A DNA stretch of 64,000 nt from an uncultured Planctomycetales bacterium (GTDB lineage: Bacteria; Omnitrophota; Gorgyraeia; Zapsychrales; JAHFFX01). Shown here in pieces: positions 1 to 8,459 of the stretch (within the stretch, counting starts at the first letter, position 1; the number at the start of each line of letters is the position of its first letter). The stretch spans positions 141,750 through 205,749 of the forward strand of contig CAZTCI010000006.1 of assembly GCA_964612665.1 (NCBI GenBank), written 5' to 3'. A program made the translations under genes and the position numbers. The notes under the pieces were generated by a model that saw nothing but the letters and a program-made list of their open reading frames with translations, had not been told where the DNA came from and did no database searches.

Positions 1-155
1 CCATTCGAGCTCAATCCTTTTGCTGCTAGAAATTTTGCCTTAGGTGCCACTCCAATAACGCCGACTGCATTATTTCCGACCGCAGCAATGGTTCCTGCCA
101 CGTGTGAACCATGTTTGTTGTCATCCCATGGTTTATTGTTATTACCAGAAAAATT
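1..155 (-). other. In-frame continuation of the S8 protease after the TGA, containing the catalytic His box HGSHVAGTIAAVGNNAVGVIGVAPKAKFLAAK; runs off the window edge
   Basis: Reverse-strand translation in the same frame as 156-1007 reads NFSGNNNKPWDDNKHGSHVAGTIAAVGNNAVGVIGVAPKAKFLAAKGLSSNG, the canonical subtilase HGTHVAG region. Confidence 0.6.
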
Positions 156-1007
156 TCACCCGTACACATCGTCGACAAACCCGTTATTGTCATCATCAAT
201 CCCATTGTCGGGAATTTCTCCGGGATTGCGCCACATATTGGCGGACAAATCCTCATGATTGTAATCAATCCCCGTGTCGACGATGCCAATGATAATATCC
301 TCGCCTTGTTTGATATCCCATGCTTTATTCGCCTGGATTTTAGCCAGTCCCCATAATTCGCCATAACGAGGATCGTTGGGCGTCATAAAAGCTTTAACCT
401 CATAATCCGGTTGCGCATACTCGACGTGTGGATCATTTTGAAAATCTTTAATGGCGGTTTGAAGATCGGTTGGGTCGGAAATTTCGACGGAATAAACGCT
501 TGTCAAGTCAGGCACAGCAGTGTTCGGAGCTATTCTTTTGGTCCGTTGGGAAAATTTATTTTTAATTAATTGGAGTCGTTTCTGAAAATGATCCTTGGCT
601 TGAAATGTGTCTATACCATTACGGTCTTCAAAAACCGCCTTGGCGGAATGCAATTTATGCTTGGCGTGCAAACGGTCCAGCGAATCAGACTGATCGGCCG
701 TTGCTGATTTAAAGGCCTGATTCTTCTCTAATAATGTTTGAACGGATTGGGTGACGGCATAATTTCCGTCGCTTTTAAATTTAATGATAATTCTAGTCGG
801 AGCTTTATTGGCAGAGTTCGTATTTAAAGAGGAAGATGCTTGAGAAATCGTTGTGTTCGGATCAGATGTTAATGGGGAAACGGGTAAACCGTTAGGAAGA
901 AATTTAGGCTGAGGATCTGACCCTGTCGAAGCGAAGCAAGGGGACGTAAAGCTGAGAATTAAAATAAAAGATAATCCAACATATTTTTCAAACAAAACGG
1001 ATTTCAT
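156..1007 (-). CDS. Subtilisin-like serine protease (peptidase S8), N-terminal part: signal peptide, I9-like propeptide, Asp-box GIVDTGIDYNHEDL; reading frame terminated by an in-frame TGA at 156-158
   Basis: ORF translation has signal peptide MKSVLFEKYVGLSFILILSFTSPCFA, the subtilase Asp motif VDTGID and GFVDDVYG immediately before the stop. The same frame continues downstream as NFSGNNNKPWDDNKHGSHVAGTIAA. Confidence 0.8.
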   Translation of the reverse strand: MKSVLFEKYVGLSFILILSFTSPCFASTGSDPQPKFLPNGLPVSPLTSDPNTTISQASSSLNTNSANKAPTRIIIKFKSDGNYAVTQSVQTLLEKNQAFKSATADQSDSLDRLHAKHKLHSAKAVFEDRNGIDTFQAKDHFQKRLQLIKNKFSQRTKRIAPNTAVPDLTSVYSVEISDPTDLQTAIKDFQNDPHVEYAQPDYEVKAFMTPNDPRYGELWGLAKIQANKAWDIKQGEDIIIGIVDTGIDYNHEDLSANMWRNPGEIPDNGIDDDNNGFVDDVYG

Positions 1008-1231
1008 ATAAGCCTCCTTAGAATCATCTAAAGGTTACCATGAGATGAATAGACCGCAAGATGGGGGGGCCGAATATAAGAAAACGCTTCCGGAAGAATT
1101 TGGCCTGCCTTGACAACCGCTCGATTTACCGGACATACTTTAACAGGAGCTAAACAGGAGAATCAGGCAATTCGGGATATAAAGGTAATACGGGTAAAAC
1201 CTAAAAAGGCGGCAAAAAGGGAGAACAAAAT

Positions 1232-1597
1232 ATGAAAAGAATATTATTGGTTGATGATGACCGGGACATGGCGAATTTGACAAAGCTCACGCTGACTATA
1301 GAAGGTCATGAGGTTATTGTGTGTCATGATGCTTCATGTGCGCTTGAGCAAACAAGGAAGGAAATTCCAGACATGATATTAATGGATGTAATGCTTCCTA
1401 ATATGAGCGGCGCGGATGCGGTTGTTAAATTAAGAGAGATCCCTGGTGTCTCCCATATTCCGATTGTTTTTCTGACCGCGCTGGTTTCAACGGAAGAAGA
1501 AAGAGGCATCAATATCAACGGACAGAATTATAAAACATTAGGAAAGCCGTATGACATTGATCAATTATTAAAAGTAGTCGACAATTTTAGTTATTGA
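1232..1597 (+). CDS. Single-domain response regulator (CheY-like receiver)
   Basis: MKRILLVDDD...ILMDVMLPNMSGADA... receiver signature with conserved DD, phospho-acceptor D and the T/K region. Confidence 0.85.
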   Translation: MKRILLVDDDRDMANLTKLTLTIEGHEVIVCHDASCALEQTRKEIPDMILMDVMLPNMSGADAVVKLREIPGVSHIPIVFLTALVSTEEERGININGQNYKTLGKPYDIDQLLKVVDNFSY

Positions 1598-1604
1598 GGT
1601 TGAG

Positions 1605-2201
1605 ATGATTAAAAAGACTTTAACAACATATGGTATCGCTGATCATTGCCAGGTCACGCCGCGCACGGTGATTCAATGGATCATCGAAGGAAAATTAAAG
1701 GCGTATCGCACGCCGGGAAATCACAGCCGCGTGAGCGTTGAAGATTTTGTGGATTTCCTAACGAAATACAATATGCCTGTTCCCGACGAGATAGCTTCAC
1801 AAAACTCCCGGGGGAAGAAACGCATACTTATTGTTGACGACGATCAAGGTATGGTTAGTTCTATTGAACGGTTTCTGATCAGAGAGAAAATTTATGATTT
1901 GGAAGTGGCTTACGATGGTTTTGAAGCTGGTCAGAAATTTTCGGCCTTCAAACCAGATTTAATTATTCTGGATATTAAGATGCCAGGCGTGAATGGGTAT
2001 AAATTGTGCGCTAATGTTCGAAGTAATCCCGCGAATAAGAATGTGAAAATTATTTTGATGTCGGGAATGGCTGATAAATATGAATTAGAGCGGATAGAGA
2101 AATTGGGAGCAGACGCTTACCTTGCCAAGCCTTTTAAGATTCAGGCGTTGAAAGAAAAAATTCAAATGTTTCTGGAAAATACTTATGCGAATAAAAAATA
2201 A
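1605..2201 (+). CDS. Response regulator with N-terminal excisionase/MerR-type HTH and C-terminal receiver domain
   Basis: N-terminus TTYGIADHCQVTPRTVIQWIIEGKLKAYRTPGNHSRV is an HTH_17/excisionase-like DNA-binding domain. C-terminus KRILIVDDDQGMV...LIILDIKMPGVNG is a REC domain. Confidence 0.8.
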   Translation: MIKKTLTTYGIADHCQVTPRTVIQWIIEGKLKAYRTPGNHSRVSVEDFVDFLTKYNMPVPDEIASQNSRGKKRILIVDDDQGMVSSIERFLIREKIYDLEVAYDGFEAGQKFSAFKPDLIILDIKMPGVNGYKLCANVRSNPANKNVKIILMSGMADKYELERIEKLGADAYLAKPFKIQALKEKIQMFLENTYANKK

Positions 2202-2808
2202 TTCCATATATGGAACCATAGCGGCGTTGGTTGCCTGGCTATTTATTATTGGAATAGGATGGACGATGCTTTCCCGGTATGAAAATACGCCGGGCCAGGC
2301 GGAAGCCGCGCCGCAGCGCTGGCCGTTGACGAGCCAAATGCCTCGTATACCCCATTTCAGTACCTTGCTTATGTTTGTCCATCCGCATTGTCCTTGTACT
2401 CGGGCGAGCCTCGAAGAACTTGCTTTAATCGAAACGCATTGCCAGCACAAGGCGAAGACACAGGTGATTTTTGTAAGACCAGAGAACGTTTCTAAAGACT
2501 GGATCAATACTGATCTTTGGCGAAGTGCTATGGCCATTCCTGGCGTTGATGTGTTGGTGGATGATAATGGAAAAGAGGCGGACATTTTTCACGCGGCTGT
2601 TTCAGGTCAAGTGATGTTATATGATGCTCAAGGGAATTTAGTTTTTAGCGGCGGCATCACTTCTTCACGGGGACACTCAGGAGATAACGACGGGCGGGAC
2701 GCAATTGAGGCTTTTTTAAATAAGGGAACGGTTCCGGTCAAGGGCACGTCATTTTTCGGATGCCTGTTGCTTAACCGTGAGTCCAATAAAGCTCAAGGGG
2801 GTAAATAA
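2185..2808 (+). CDS. Membrane-anchored thioredoxin-fold protein with a CPC redox motif
   Basis: N-terminal TM helix IAALVAWLFIIGIGW, then FVHPHCPCTRASLEEL... and ...GQVMLYDAQGNLVFSGG typical of TlpA/redoxin-like folds. 17-nt overlap with the upstream gene and ATGG overlap with the downstream kinase, consistent with translational coupling. Confidence 0.5.
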   Translation: MRIKNNSIYGTIAALVAWLFIIGIGWTMLSRYENTPGQAEAAPQRWPLTSQMPRIPHFSTLLMFVHPHCPCTRASLEELALIETHCQHKAKTQVIFVRPENVSKDWINTDLWRSAMAIPGVDVLVDDNGKEADIFHAAVSGQVMLYDAQGNLVFSGGITSSRGHSGDNDGRDAIEAFLNKGTVPVKGTSFFGCLLLNRESNKAQGGK

Positions 2809-4397
2809 TGGAAGCGTTAAGAGATTTAATAACACAACGATCGCATGAATTATTCTTAAATCATCGCCAAAATATTTTTAAACAAACCGATCGTTTATTT
2901 GTCGGCCTGATGGCGTTCCAATGGGTCGCGGGAATTGTGATCGCTTTGATTGTGTCACCCAAAACCTGGATAGGCACCGTAAGTCTGACGCACACGCATG
3001 TCTGGGCCGCGGTCTTTTTAGGCGGCGCGATCGCGGCTTTGCCGATCGCGTTGGGAATTTTTATGCCAGGACATGTGATTACCCGCAATGTCGTCGCGGT
3101 CGCGCAAATGTTATTTTCTGCGTTACTCATACATTTGACCGGGGGCCGGATTGAAACGCATTTTCATGTTTTCGGTTCGTTGGCTTTTTTGGCGTTCTAC
3201 CGCGACTGGAAGATTCTTATTCCCGCGACGATCGTGGTGGCTTTAGACCATTTTGTGCGGGGCGTTTTTTGGCCGCAATCTGTTTTCGGAATTTTGACCG
3301 CAAGTCCCTGGCGTTGGATAGAACACTCCGCGTGGGTTGTTTTTGAAGATCTTTTCTTGATTTCTTCCTGCCGTAGAAGCGTTGAGGAAATGAAAAATAT
3401 CGCCGACAGAACGGCCCAGTTAGAGGCGCATAACCGGCTCGTCGAAGTTAAGGTCAAAGAGCGCACCCAGGAATTATTCAGATCCAAAGAAATTCTCGCC
3501 ACGGAAATCAGCGAACGCAAAAAATTGGAAACCATGATTTTTCACGCTGAAAAGATGGCCGCTGTCGGTCAGCTCGCGGCCGGCGTGGCGCATGAAATCA
3601 ATAATCCCGTCGGATTTATCAGCAATAATTTGGAAATGCTTGAACAATATGTTGGTGACTATGCCAAAATTTTAAGAATGGTGGAGAATCTAAAGAAAGG
3701 CATTGAAGAAGACAATTTAGAAAAGATAAAGCACATTCTTAAAGATATCAGTGCATTTGAAAAAGAAATTAATCTGGATTACGTCATTAATGATCTCAGC
3801 AAATTATTGCAGCATACTCAACGGGGCATTGAACGAATCCAGAAGATCGTTTTAGATTTACGCACCTTTGCCAGGGAGGACAACGATACCGTCGAGTTTG
3901 TAAAGATTGAAGAGGTCATCGATAATATTCTAAACATTGTGTACAACGAAATTAAATACAAAGCAGAATTAAAGAAGAATTACGGCGACACGCCCTTGGT
4001 CAAAGGCAACACGCAAAGATTAGGGCAGGTTTTTATTAATTTGCTTGTTAATGCCGTGCAGGCTATTGAAGATAAAGGTGTCATTGAGATCGCGACCTAT
4101 CAACAGGGCCGCCATGTTTGCGTTGAAGTATCTGACACCGGCAAAGGGATTAGCCAAGAACATTTGAAAAAAATATTCGATCCATTTTTTACGACCAAAC
4201 CCATTGGCCAGGGCACGGGGCTCGGCCTAAGCGTCAGTTATGAAATTCTTAAGAAACATGGTGGAGAAATGAAGGTCCAATCGAAAGTCGGACAAGGAAC
4301 TGTGTTTACCGTTGTGCTTCCCTTGTCTGAAGGAGGTTACAATGATCGATTTAAAGATCGAAAAACTCGAGCAACGATTAAAGAGTATGAAGGCTAG
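2808..4397 (+). CDS. Sensor histidine kinase with polytopic N-terminal membrane sensor domain, HisKA and HATPase_c
   Basis: About 190 aa of TM helices rich in His (HFHVFGSLAFLAFY, DHFVRG), a coiled linker, H-box AAGVAHEINNPVGFI, and N/G-boxes DTGKGI...GTGLGLSVSYEIL. Confidence 0.85.
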   Translation: MEALRDLITQRSHELFLNHRQNIFKQTDRLFVGLMAFQWVAGIVIALIVSPKTWIGTVSLTHTHVWAAVFLGGAIAALPIALGIFMPGHVITRNVVAVAQMLFSALLIHLTGGRIETHFHVFGSLAFLAFYRDWKILIPATIVVALDHFVRGVFWPQSVFGILTASPWRWIEHSAWVVFEDLFLISSCRRSVEEMKNIADRTAQLEAHNRLVEVKVKERTQELFRSKEILATEISERKKLETMIFHAEKMAAVGQLAAGVAHEINNPVGFISNNLEMLEQYVGDYAKILRMVENLKKGIEEDNLEKIKHILKDISAFEKEINLDYVINDLSKLLQHTQRGIERIQKIVLDLRTFAREDNDTVEFVKIEEVIDNILNIVYNEIKYKAELKKNYGDTPLVKGNTQRLGQVFINLLVNAVQAIEDKGVIEIATYQQGRHVCVEVSDTGKGISQEHLKKIFDPFFTTKPIGQGTGLGLSVSYEILKKHGGEMKVQSKVGQGTVFTVVLPLSEGGYNDRFKDRKTRATIKEYEG

Positions 4398-4809
4398 AGA
4401 TGTGATGTCGCGTTTTGCCATCACCATCAAAGAACACGAGACAACAACCAGTCTGGCTCATTTGATGATGCGGTTTAAAATCAGCGGCGTGCCGGTGATT
4501 GATAAAAACGGCGAAATCTGTGGGATCGCCACAGCGACGGATCTTTTTGACTTAATGAAAAGCATTATTAAAGATATTGATCAAGGAGCTGATTTAAAAC
4601 AGCATGTTAACCAAAAAGTCGAAATGCTGATGACCCGGAATGTGGTGACAATCACCGAGGAAACGAGTTTATATGAGATCATGAAGATCATGTGCGAAAG
4701 AAATATTCATACCTTGCCGGTCATGGTTGTCGCCAAGAAAGAAATCGTCGGTGTGATCGGAAGGCGGGATATTCTCAACGCCTTTTATTCAGGAGGTGAA
4801 TTAGAATGA
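4342..4809 (+). CDS. CBS-pair domain protein
   Basis: Two CBS motifs (VMSRFAITIKEHETT...GVPVIDKNGEICGIATATDL and LMTRNVVTITEE...TLPVMVVAKKEIVGVIGRRDIL). Start chosen at the ATG with GGAGG 7 nt upstream; the ORF track begins at 4312. Confidence 0.75.
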   Translation: MIDLKIEKLEQRLKSMKARDVMSRFAITIKEHETTTSLAHLMMRFKISGVPVIDKNGEICGIATATDLFDLMKSIIKDIDQGADLKQHVNQKVEMLMTRNVVTITEETSLYEIMKIMCERNIHTLPVMVVAKKEIVGVIGRRDILNAFYSGGELE

Positions 4810-5948
4810 ACAAAGAGATCCAGGTTCTTTTTTTAGATGATGAGCCGAGCATCATTGACGGGCTGCAGCGGTTATTCATGCGCGAAGATTATGGTATTTT
4901 TGTGACGACAAGTCCGGCCAAGGCCCGGGAAATGCTTAAGCAGGAAAAAATAAAAGTCATGGTCAGCGACTACCGCATGCCGGAAATCTCAGGCGTTAAG
5001 TTTTTGAGGGAAGTCAAAGAACAATATCCGCCGATTGTAAAAATTCTTTTTACCGGCTTCACTGATTTTTCAGCCGCCGAGGAGGCAATTAATATCGGAG
5101 AGGTTTATCGGTTTATAAGCAAACCATGGAAGACTGCTGAATTATTATCGACAATCCGTCAATCGATTGAACATTATGATCTCGTGCTTGAGGCAAAAAC
5201 GAAAAAAGAGGAACTGGAAGCCACCAACAAACAATTACAGGTCATGTATGAAATGCAAAAAGAATTTACCTCAACGGTATCGCACGAACTGCGAACACCA
5301 CTGGCTTCAATTAAAACCGCAATTGATTTAGTTGTCAGAAGAATGGTGGGTGACATTACGAAAGAGCAGGAAGATGTTCTCGGACGGGCCAAGAAAAATG
5401 TCGACCGCTTAAAGCGGTTGATCGACGATATTTTAGATTTAACCAAGATGGAAGCGGGTAAAGTGCAGATGAATTTAATCACCAATGATATCAACAAGGT
5501 GATCAAGGAAGTTGTCGAGGCTCAAAAAGACGTCGCTGCTAACCGGGGATTGTCGCTTAAAATGGAACTGGCTGAATCTATGCCGCCGGTGCCTTTCGAT
5601 AGTGATAGGATCACTCAGGTCATGAATAATCTTTTAAGTAACGCTCTTAAATTTACAAGACAAGGAGGTGTCACTATAACGAGTATTAATAATGCCGAGC
5701 GTAATCACATTATCGTCCACATCAAAGATACCGGCCCGGGGATTGCGGAACAAAATTTACTAAAAGTTTTTGAAAAATTCCAACAAGTTGAATCAGCTGA
5801 CAGGAATGAAGAGGGCGGAACGGGATTAGGACTTGCGATTTGCCGTCAGATTATAGAGCGGCATCGCGGCAAAATTTGGGTGGAATCCAAGTTAGGTGAA
5901 GGCGCGGCGTTTAGTTTCATCCTTCCCATCCAGGAAAGAAGGAGTTAA
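4806..5948 (+). CDS. Hybrid response-regulator / histidine kinase (REC-HisKA-HATPase_c)
   Basis: N-terminal REC (QVLFLDDEP...VMVSDYRMPEISG), H-box SHELRTPL, and ATPase boxes NLLSNALKFT, DTGPGI, GGTGLGLAICRQI. ATGA overlap with the upstream CBS gene. Confidence 0.85.
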   Translation: MNKEIQVLFLDDEPSIIDGLQRLFMREDYGIFVTTSPAKAREMLKQEKIKVMVSDYRMPEISGVKFLREVKEQYPPIVKILFTGFTDFSAAEEAINIGEVYRFISKPWKTAELLSTIRQSIEHYDLVLEAKTKKEELEATNKQLQVMYEMQKEFTSTVSHELRTPLASIKTAIDLVVRRMVGDITKEQEDVLGRAKKNVDRLKRLIDDILDLTKMEAGKVQMNLITNDINKVIKEVVEAQKDVAANRGLSLKMELAESMPPVPFDSDRITQVMNNLLSNALKFTRQGGVTITSINNAERNHIIVHIKDTGPGIAEQNLLKVFEKFQQVESADRNEEGGTGLGLAICRQIIERHRGKIWVESKLGEGAAFSFILPIQERRS

Positions 5949-5950
5949 CT

Positions 5951-6751
5951 ATGAGTGCTGATAAAACGATTCTTCTGATCGATGATGAAACGGATTTACA
6001 AGAGCTGGTCAAGATTACTCTGAAAACACAACAATACAATGTCATCATTGCGCGTAACGGTATCGAAGGGTTGGAAATCCTTAAAACAACGAAGCCCGAT
6101 CTTGTTATCTTGGATTTGAATATGCCCAAAATGGGCGGGCTGGAATTTTATCAGAATATTTGCGATCGCCATGACCGGCCCCGGTATCCCGTTTTAATCC
6201 TGACCGCCCGCGCGAACATGGAGCGCCTTTTCAAGCAATTTAATATTGACGGCTTTATGGCCAAGCCTTTTGAAATTGATGATCTGCTGCGCGAGGTTAA
6301 CATTATTATTGAAAGAAGATCAAACGGCAGCGTCAAGTTATTACCGTCGGGAAATAGAGAGATCAGAAAGGTGTGTATTGTTGAAAATGATCCGGAAATG
6401 CTCAGTCAAATCGGTTCTACTTTCTTAAACGCAGGTTACATCGTTAATCCAGCGCACAGCGGGACCGATGGCATAGAGCGCATCGCCAACACTATGCCAG
6501 ATGTCGCTTTAGTCAAACTAGGGTTGCTTGATATTCCGGGTGACATGGTGATTCTTAAATTAAAATACATGGCGAAAACTCAAGACATCAAATGTATTTT
6601 GTATACGGACAAGAGTGCCGAAAAGGCGGCCATTGCCCAAAAGGTTGGCATTAAAGAAGGGATTGCGCGTTTTGTTGAATTTGTTTATTCCGCTGAACTT
6701 TTAGCCGCCGCAAATGAAATAGTAAGGGAACATGAAGCGGTAAAGGCTTAG
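5951..6751 (+). CDS. Tandem-receiver protein (canonical REC followed by a second, degenerate REC-like domain)
   Basis: TILLIDDETD...LVILDLNMPKMGG...MAKPF is a canonical REC. The C-terminal half KVCIVENDPEMLSQ...VALVKLGLLDIPGDMV resembles a REC without a clear acid pocket. Confidence 0.75.
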   Translation: MSADKTILLIDDETDLQELVKITLKTQQYNVIIARNGIEGLEILKTTKPDLVILDLNMPKMGGLEFYQNICDRHDRPRYPVLILTARANMERLFKQFNIDGFMAKPFEIDDLLREVNIIIERRSNGSVKLLPSGNREIRKVCIVENDPEMLSQIGSTFLNAGYIVNPAHSGTDGIERIANTMPDVALVKLGLLDIPGDMVILKLKYMAKTQDIKCILYTDKSAEKAAIAQKVGIKEGIARFVEFVYSAELLAAANEIVREHEAVKA

Positions 6752-6774
6752 CGGTTTTAAATCTTTAACAAAAA

Positions 6775-6808
6775 AGCCATGATTGCAAATGCAGTCATGG
6801 CTTTTTTC
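6775..6808 (+). terminator. Rho-independent terminator after the two-component operon
   Basis: agccatgattgc-aaat-gcagtcatggct stem followed by a TTTTTT run. Confidence 0.6.
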
Positions 6809-7111
6809 TAGAAAAGAAACGGAAAGGTTATGCACGTGTAAAGCTTATTAGAACGTATCGCATAAATAGCCGAAGGCACGGGTTCTGTCACGGCAAACGC
6901 TTGTGGGCCCCTCCGCCCGGCGTGGATCCTCCCACAATCGGCTCACCGTGCCACCCGCTGCCCGCTCAATGCCATTTATGGGATGACTTCTACATAAGCA
7001 TCAAGGAAAAGTTTCCAAAAGTGCAGAAACCCGCGACAAAATGCTAAAAAGCCAGAAGAAAGAATGATAAGTATATTGAGCAAAAACTATTCTCATTGTT
7101 TTGTTGGTTTA

Positions 7112-8338
7112 TTATTCATGTTCTTGTTTCTTTATAGGTCTATTTTTCTGATAATAAGTTTGTTGTTTTAATTTGCCGTTTTGGCCATATTCTTTAACCA
7201 GTCCTTCCAATTGTCCTGCTTTATAATTTTTTAAAATTTTCCATTTTCCGTTATCGTAATATTCTCGATATTCTCCATCAAGAACATCATTCTTATAGGT
7301 AGCAAAGAGAACGATCTGACCATTGGGAAGAAATTTTCTAAAGCCGCCATCCCGTTTTCCGTTTAAACGCCCTTCGAGAGTCATAATTTGACCATTGGGA
7401 TAATATTTTTTAATTATTCCATTTAACTGTTTATCTTGCGCCTCCGTCTTTATAGAATCTTTTTGATTGTCGACTTTCTTAATGGTTTTATCAGGAGAGC
7501 TGACCAATCTGAGTGTTAGAAATATGAAAATAATAAGAGGGAGTAAAAGAAAATACCTTGCGTTCAACGATAAATCTTTTTTAGGCTTTCTAGAATTATT
7601 TCGTGAGTCAAATGCTTCCTGAATGGCCTCCTGGAAAAGCTGTGTTCTGATTTCCATTTCCAAATAAGGCAAGAGGAAACGTTGATAACAGTCTTCCAAA
7701 GCTAACCGAACATGCTGGCCGGCTTCATTATCTTTTTTTATAAATAACTTGTTTAGAATGTTGAAACACCCGTCGGACGGCACATTAATAGATAAGGATA
7801 GAATGCCTTTGCTTTCGGCATCTAAAAGTTCCAAAGCGTGAAAGCATTTTGTTGATAGCGGAATAAAAGAGCCATTTAAGTATTTTTTATAATGAGTAAA
7901 TTCCGGGTGGTTTTCTTTAATAATGGCTATGTTTAATGAACCATGTGATTTTAAAAAAGACTTTAATTCTTTTTTAGCCTCTTTATTTTTTTTTATCCGT
8001 TCTGCAACAATGTCTCTTGCCCCGGCCAACGCCTCCTCTCGAGAATTGACCTTAAGTTTTGGCTCAATAAAAGCTAAAGCATCGTCTTGCGGTTTAACAT
8101 TTTCCTGAGCCCAAAGGATTTTTGCTAAAGGCTCTAATCCTTTTTTTAGGGCAATGAGTCCGCGTGTTTCAGTATGAGAAGCATAGAGGTCATAAAGATC
8201 TTCTAAAAGGGAGGACGCATTGGTTGTGAGTATTCTGACTTTAATCTCTTGAGTAAGTTCTCCATTATGGGCGAGTACGTCCATAATTCTTAACCTTCTT
8301 TGATGCAGAATTCGTAGATTTGCGAAATATTCGGTCAT
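7112..8338 (-). CDS. Membrane protein with Tex N-terminal-like helical domain, one TM helix and C-terminal MORN-variant (YwqK-like) repeats
   Basis: Residues about 60-240 align by eye to the Tex N-terminal domain (LYASHTETRGLIALKKGLEPLAKILW...ALAGARDIVAERI...HYKKYLNGSFIPLSTKCFHALELLD...GILSLSINVP). TM helix YFLLLPLIIFIFLTLRLV. C-terminus has repeated YYPNGQI/FLPNGQI/YYDNGKW/YGQNGKL MORN-type units. Confidence 0.65.
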   Translation of the reverse strand: MTEYFANLRILHQRRLRIMDVLAHNGELTQEIKVRILTTNASSLLEDLYDLYASHTETRGLIALKKGLEPLAKILWAQENVKPQDDALAFIEPKLKVNSREEALAGARDIVAERIKKNKEAKKELKSFLKSHGSLNIAIIKENHPEFTHYKKYLNGSFIPLSTKCFHALELLDAESKGILSLSINVPSDGCFNILNKLFIKKDNEAGQHVRLALEDCYQRFLLPYLEMEIRTQLFQEAIQEAFDSRNNSRKPKKDLSLNARYFLLLPLIIFIFLTLRLVSSPDKTIKKVDNQKDSIKTEAQDKQLNGIIKKYYPNGQIMTLEGRLNGKRDGGFRKFLPNGQIVLFATYKNDVLDGEYREYYDNGKWKILKNYKAGQLEGLVKEYGQNGKLKQQTYYQKNRPIKKQEHE

Positions 8339-8459
8339 GTTAATTTAAATAATTTGACAAAAATGGATTGCTGAATATAATACTAAAAATTCTATTATAG
8401 TATTATAGTTATCATTATCTAGGTGTCAATACCCGCCCATCCTAAAAAGGAGAGTCGCA

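Noticed and set aside
156-158. Possibility that TGA encodes Trp/Gly genome-wide (genetic code 4 or 25), which would explain the TGA at a conserved Trp in the protease
   Set aside because: Many other genes end cleanly on TGA with correct domain boundaries and ATGA/TGATG coupled overlaps to the next gene (for example 1595-1597, 4807-4809, 9301-9303, 12378-12380). The standard code therefore fits the whole window.
2861-3535. Antisense ORFs (89-112 aa) within the sensor-kinase membrane domain
   Set aside because: Overlap a coding region with strong hydrophobic periodicity on the + strand; translations lack any domain features.
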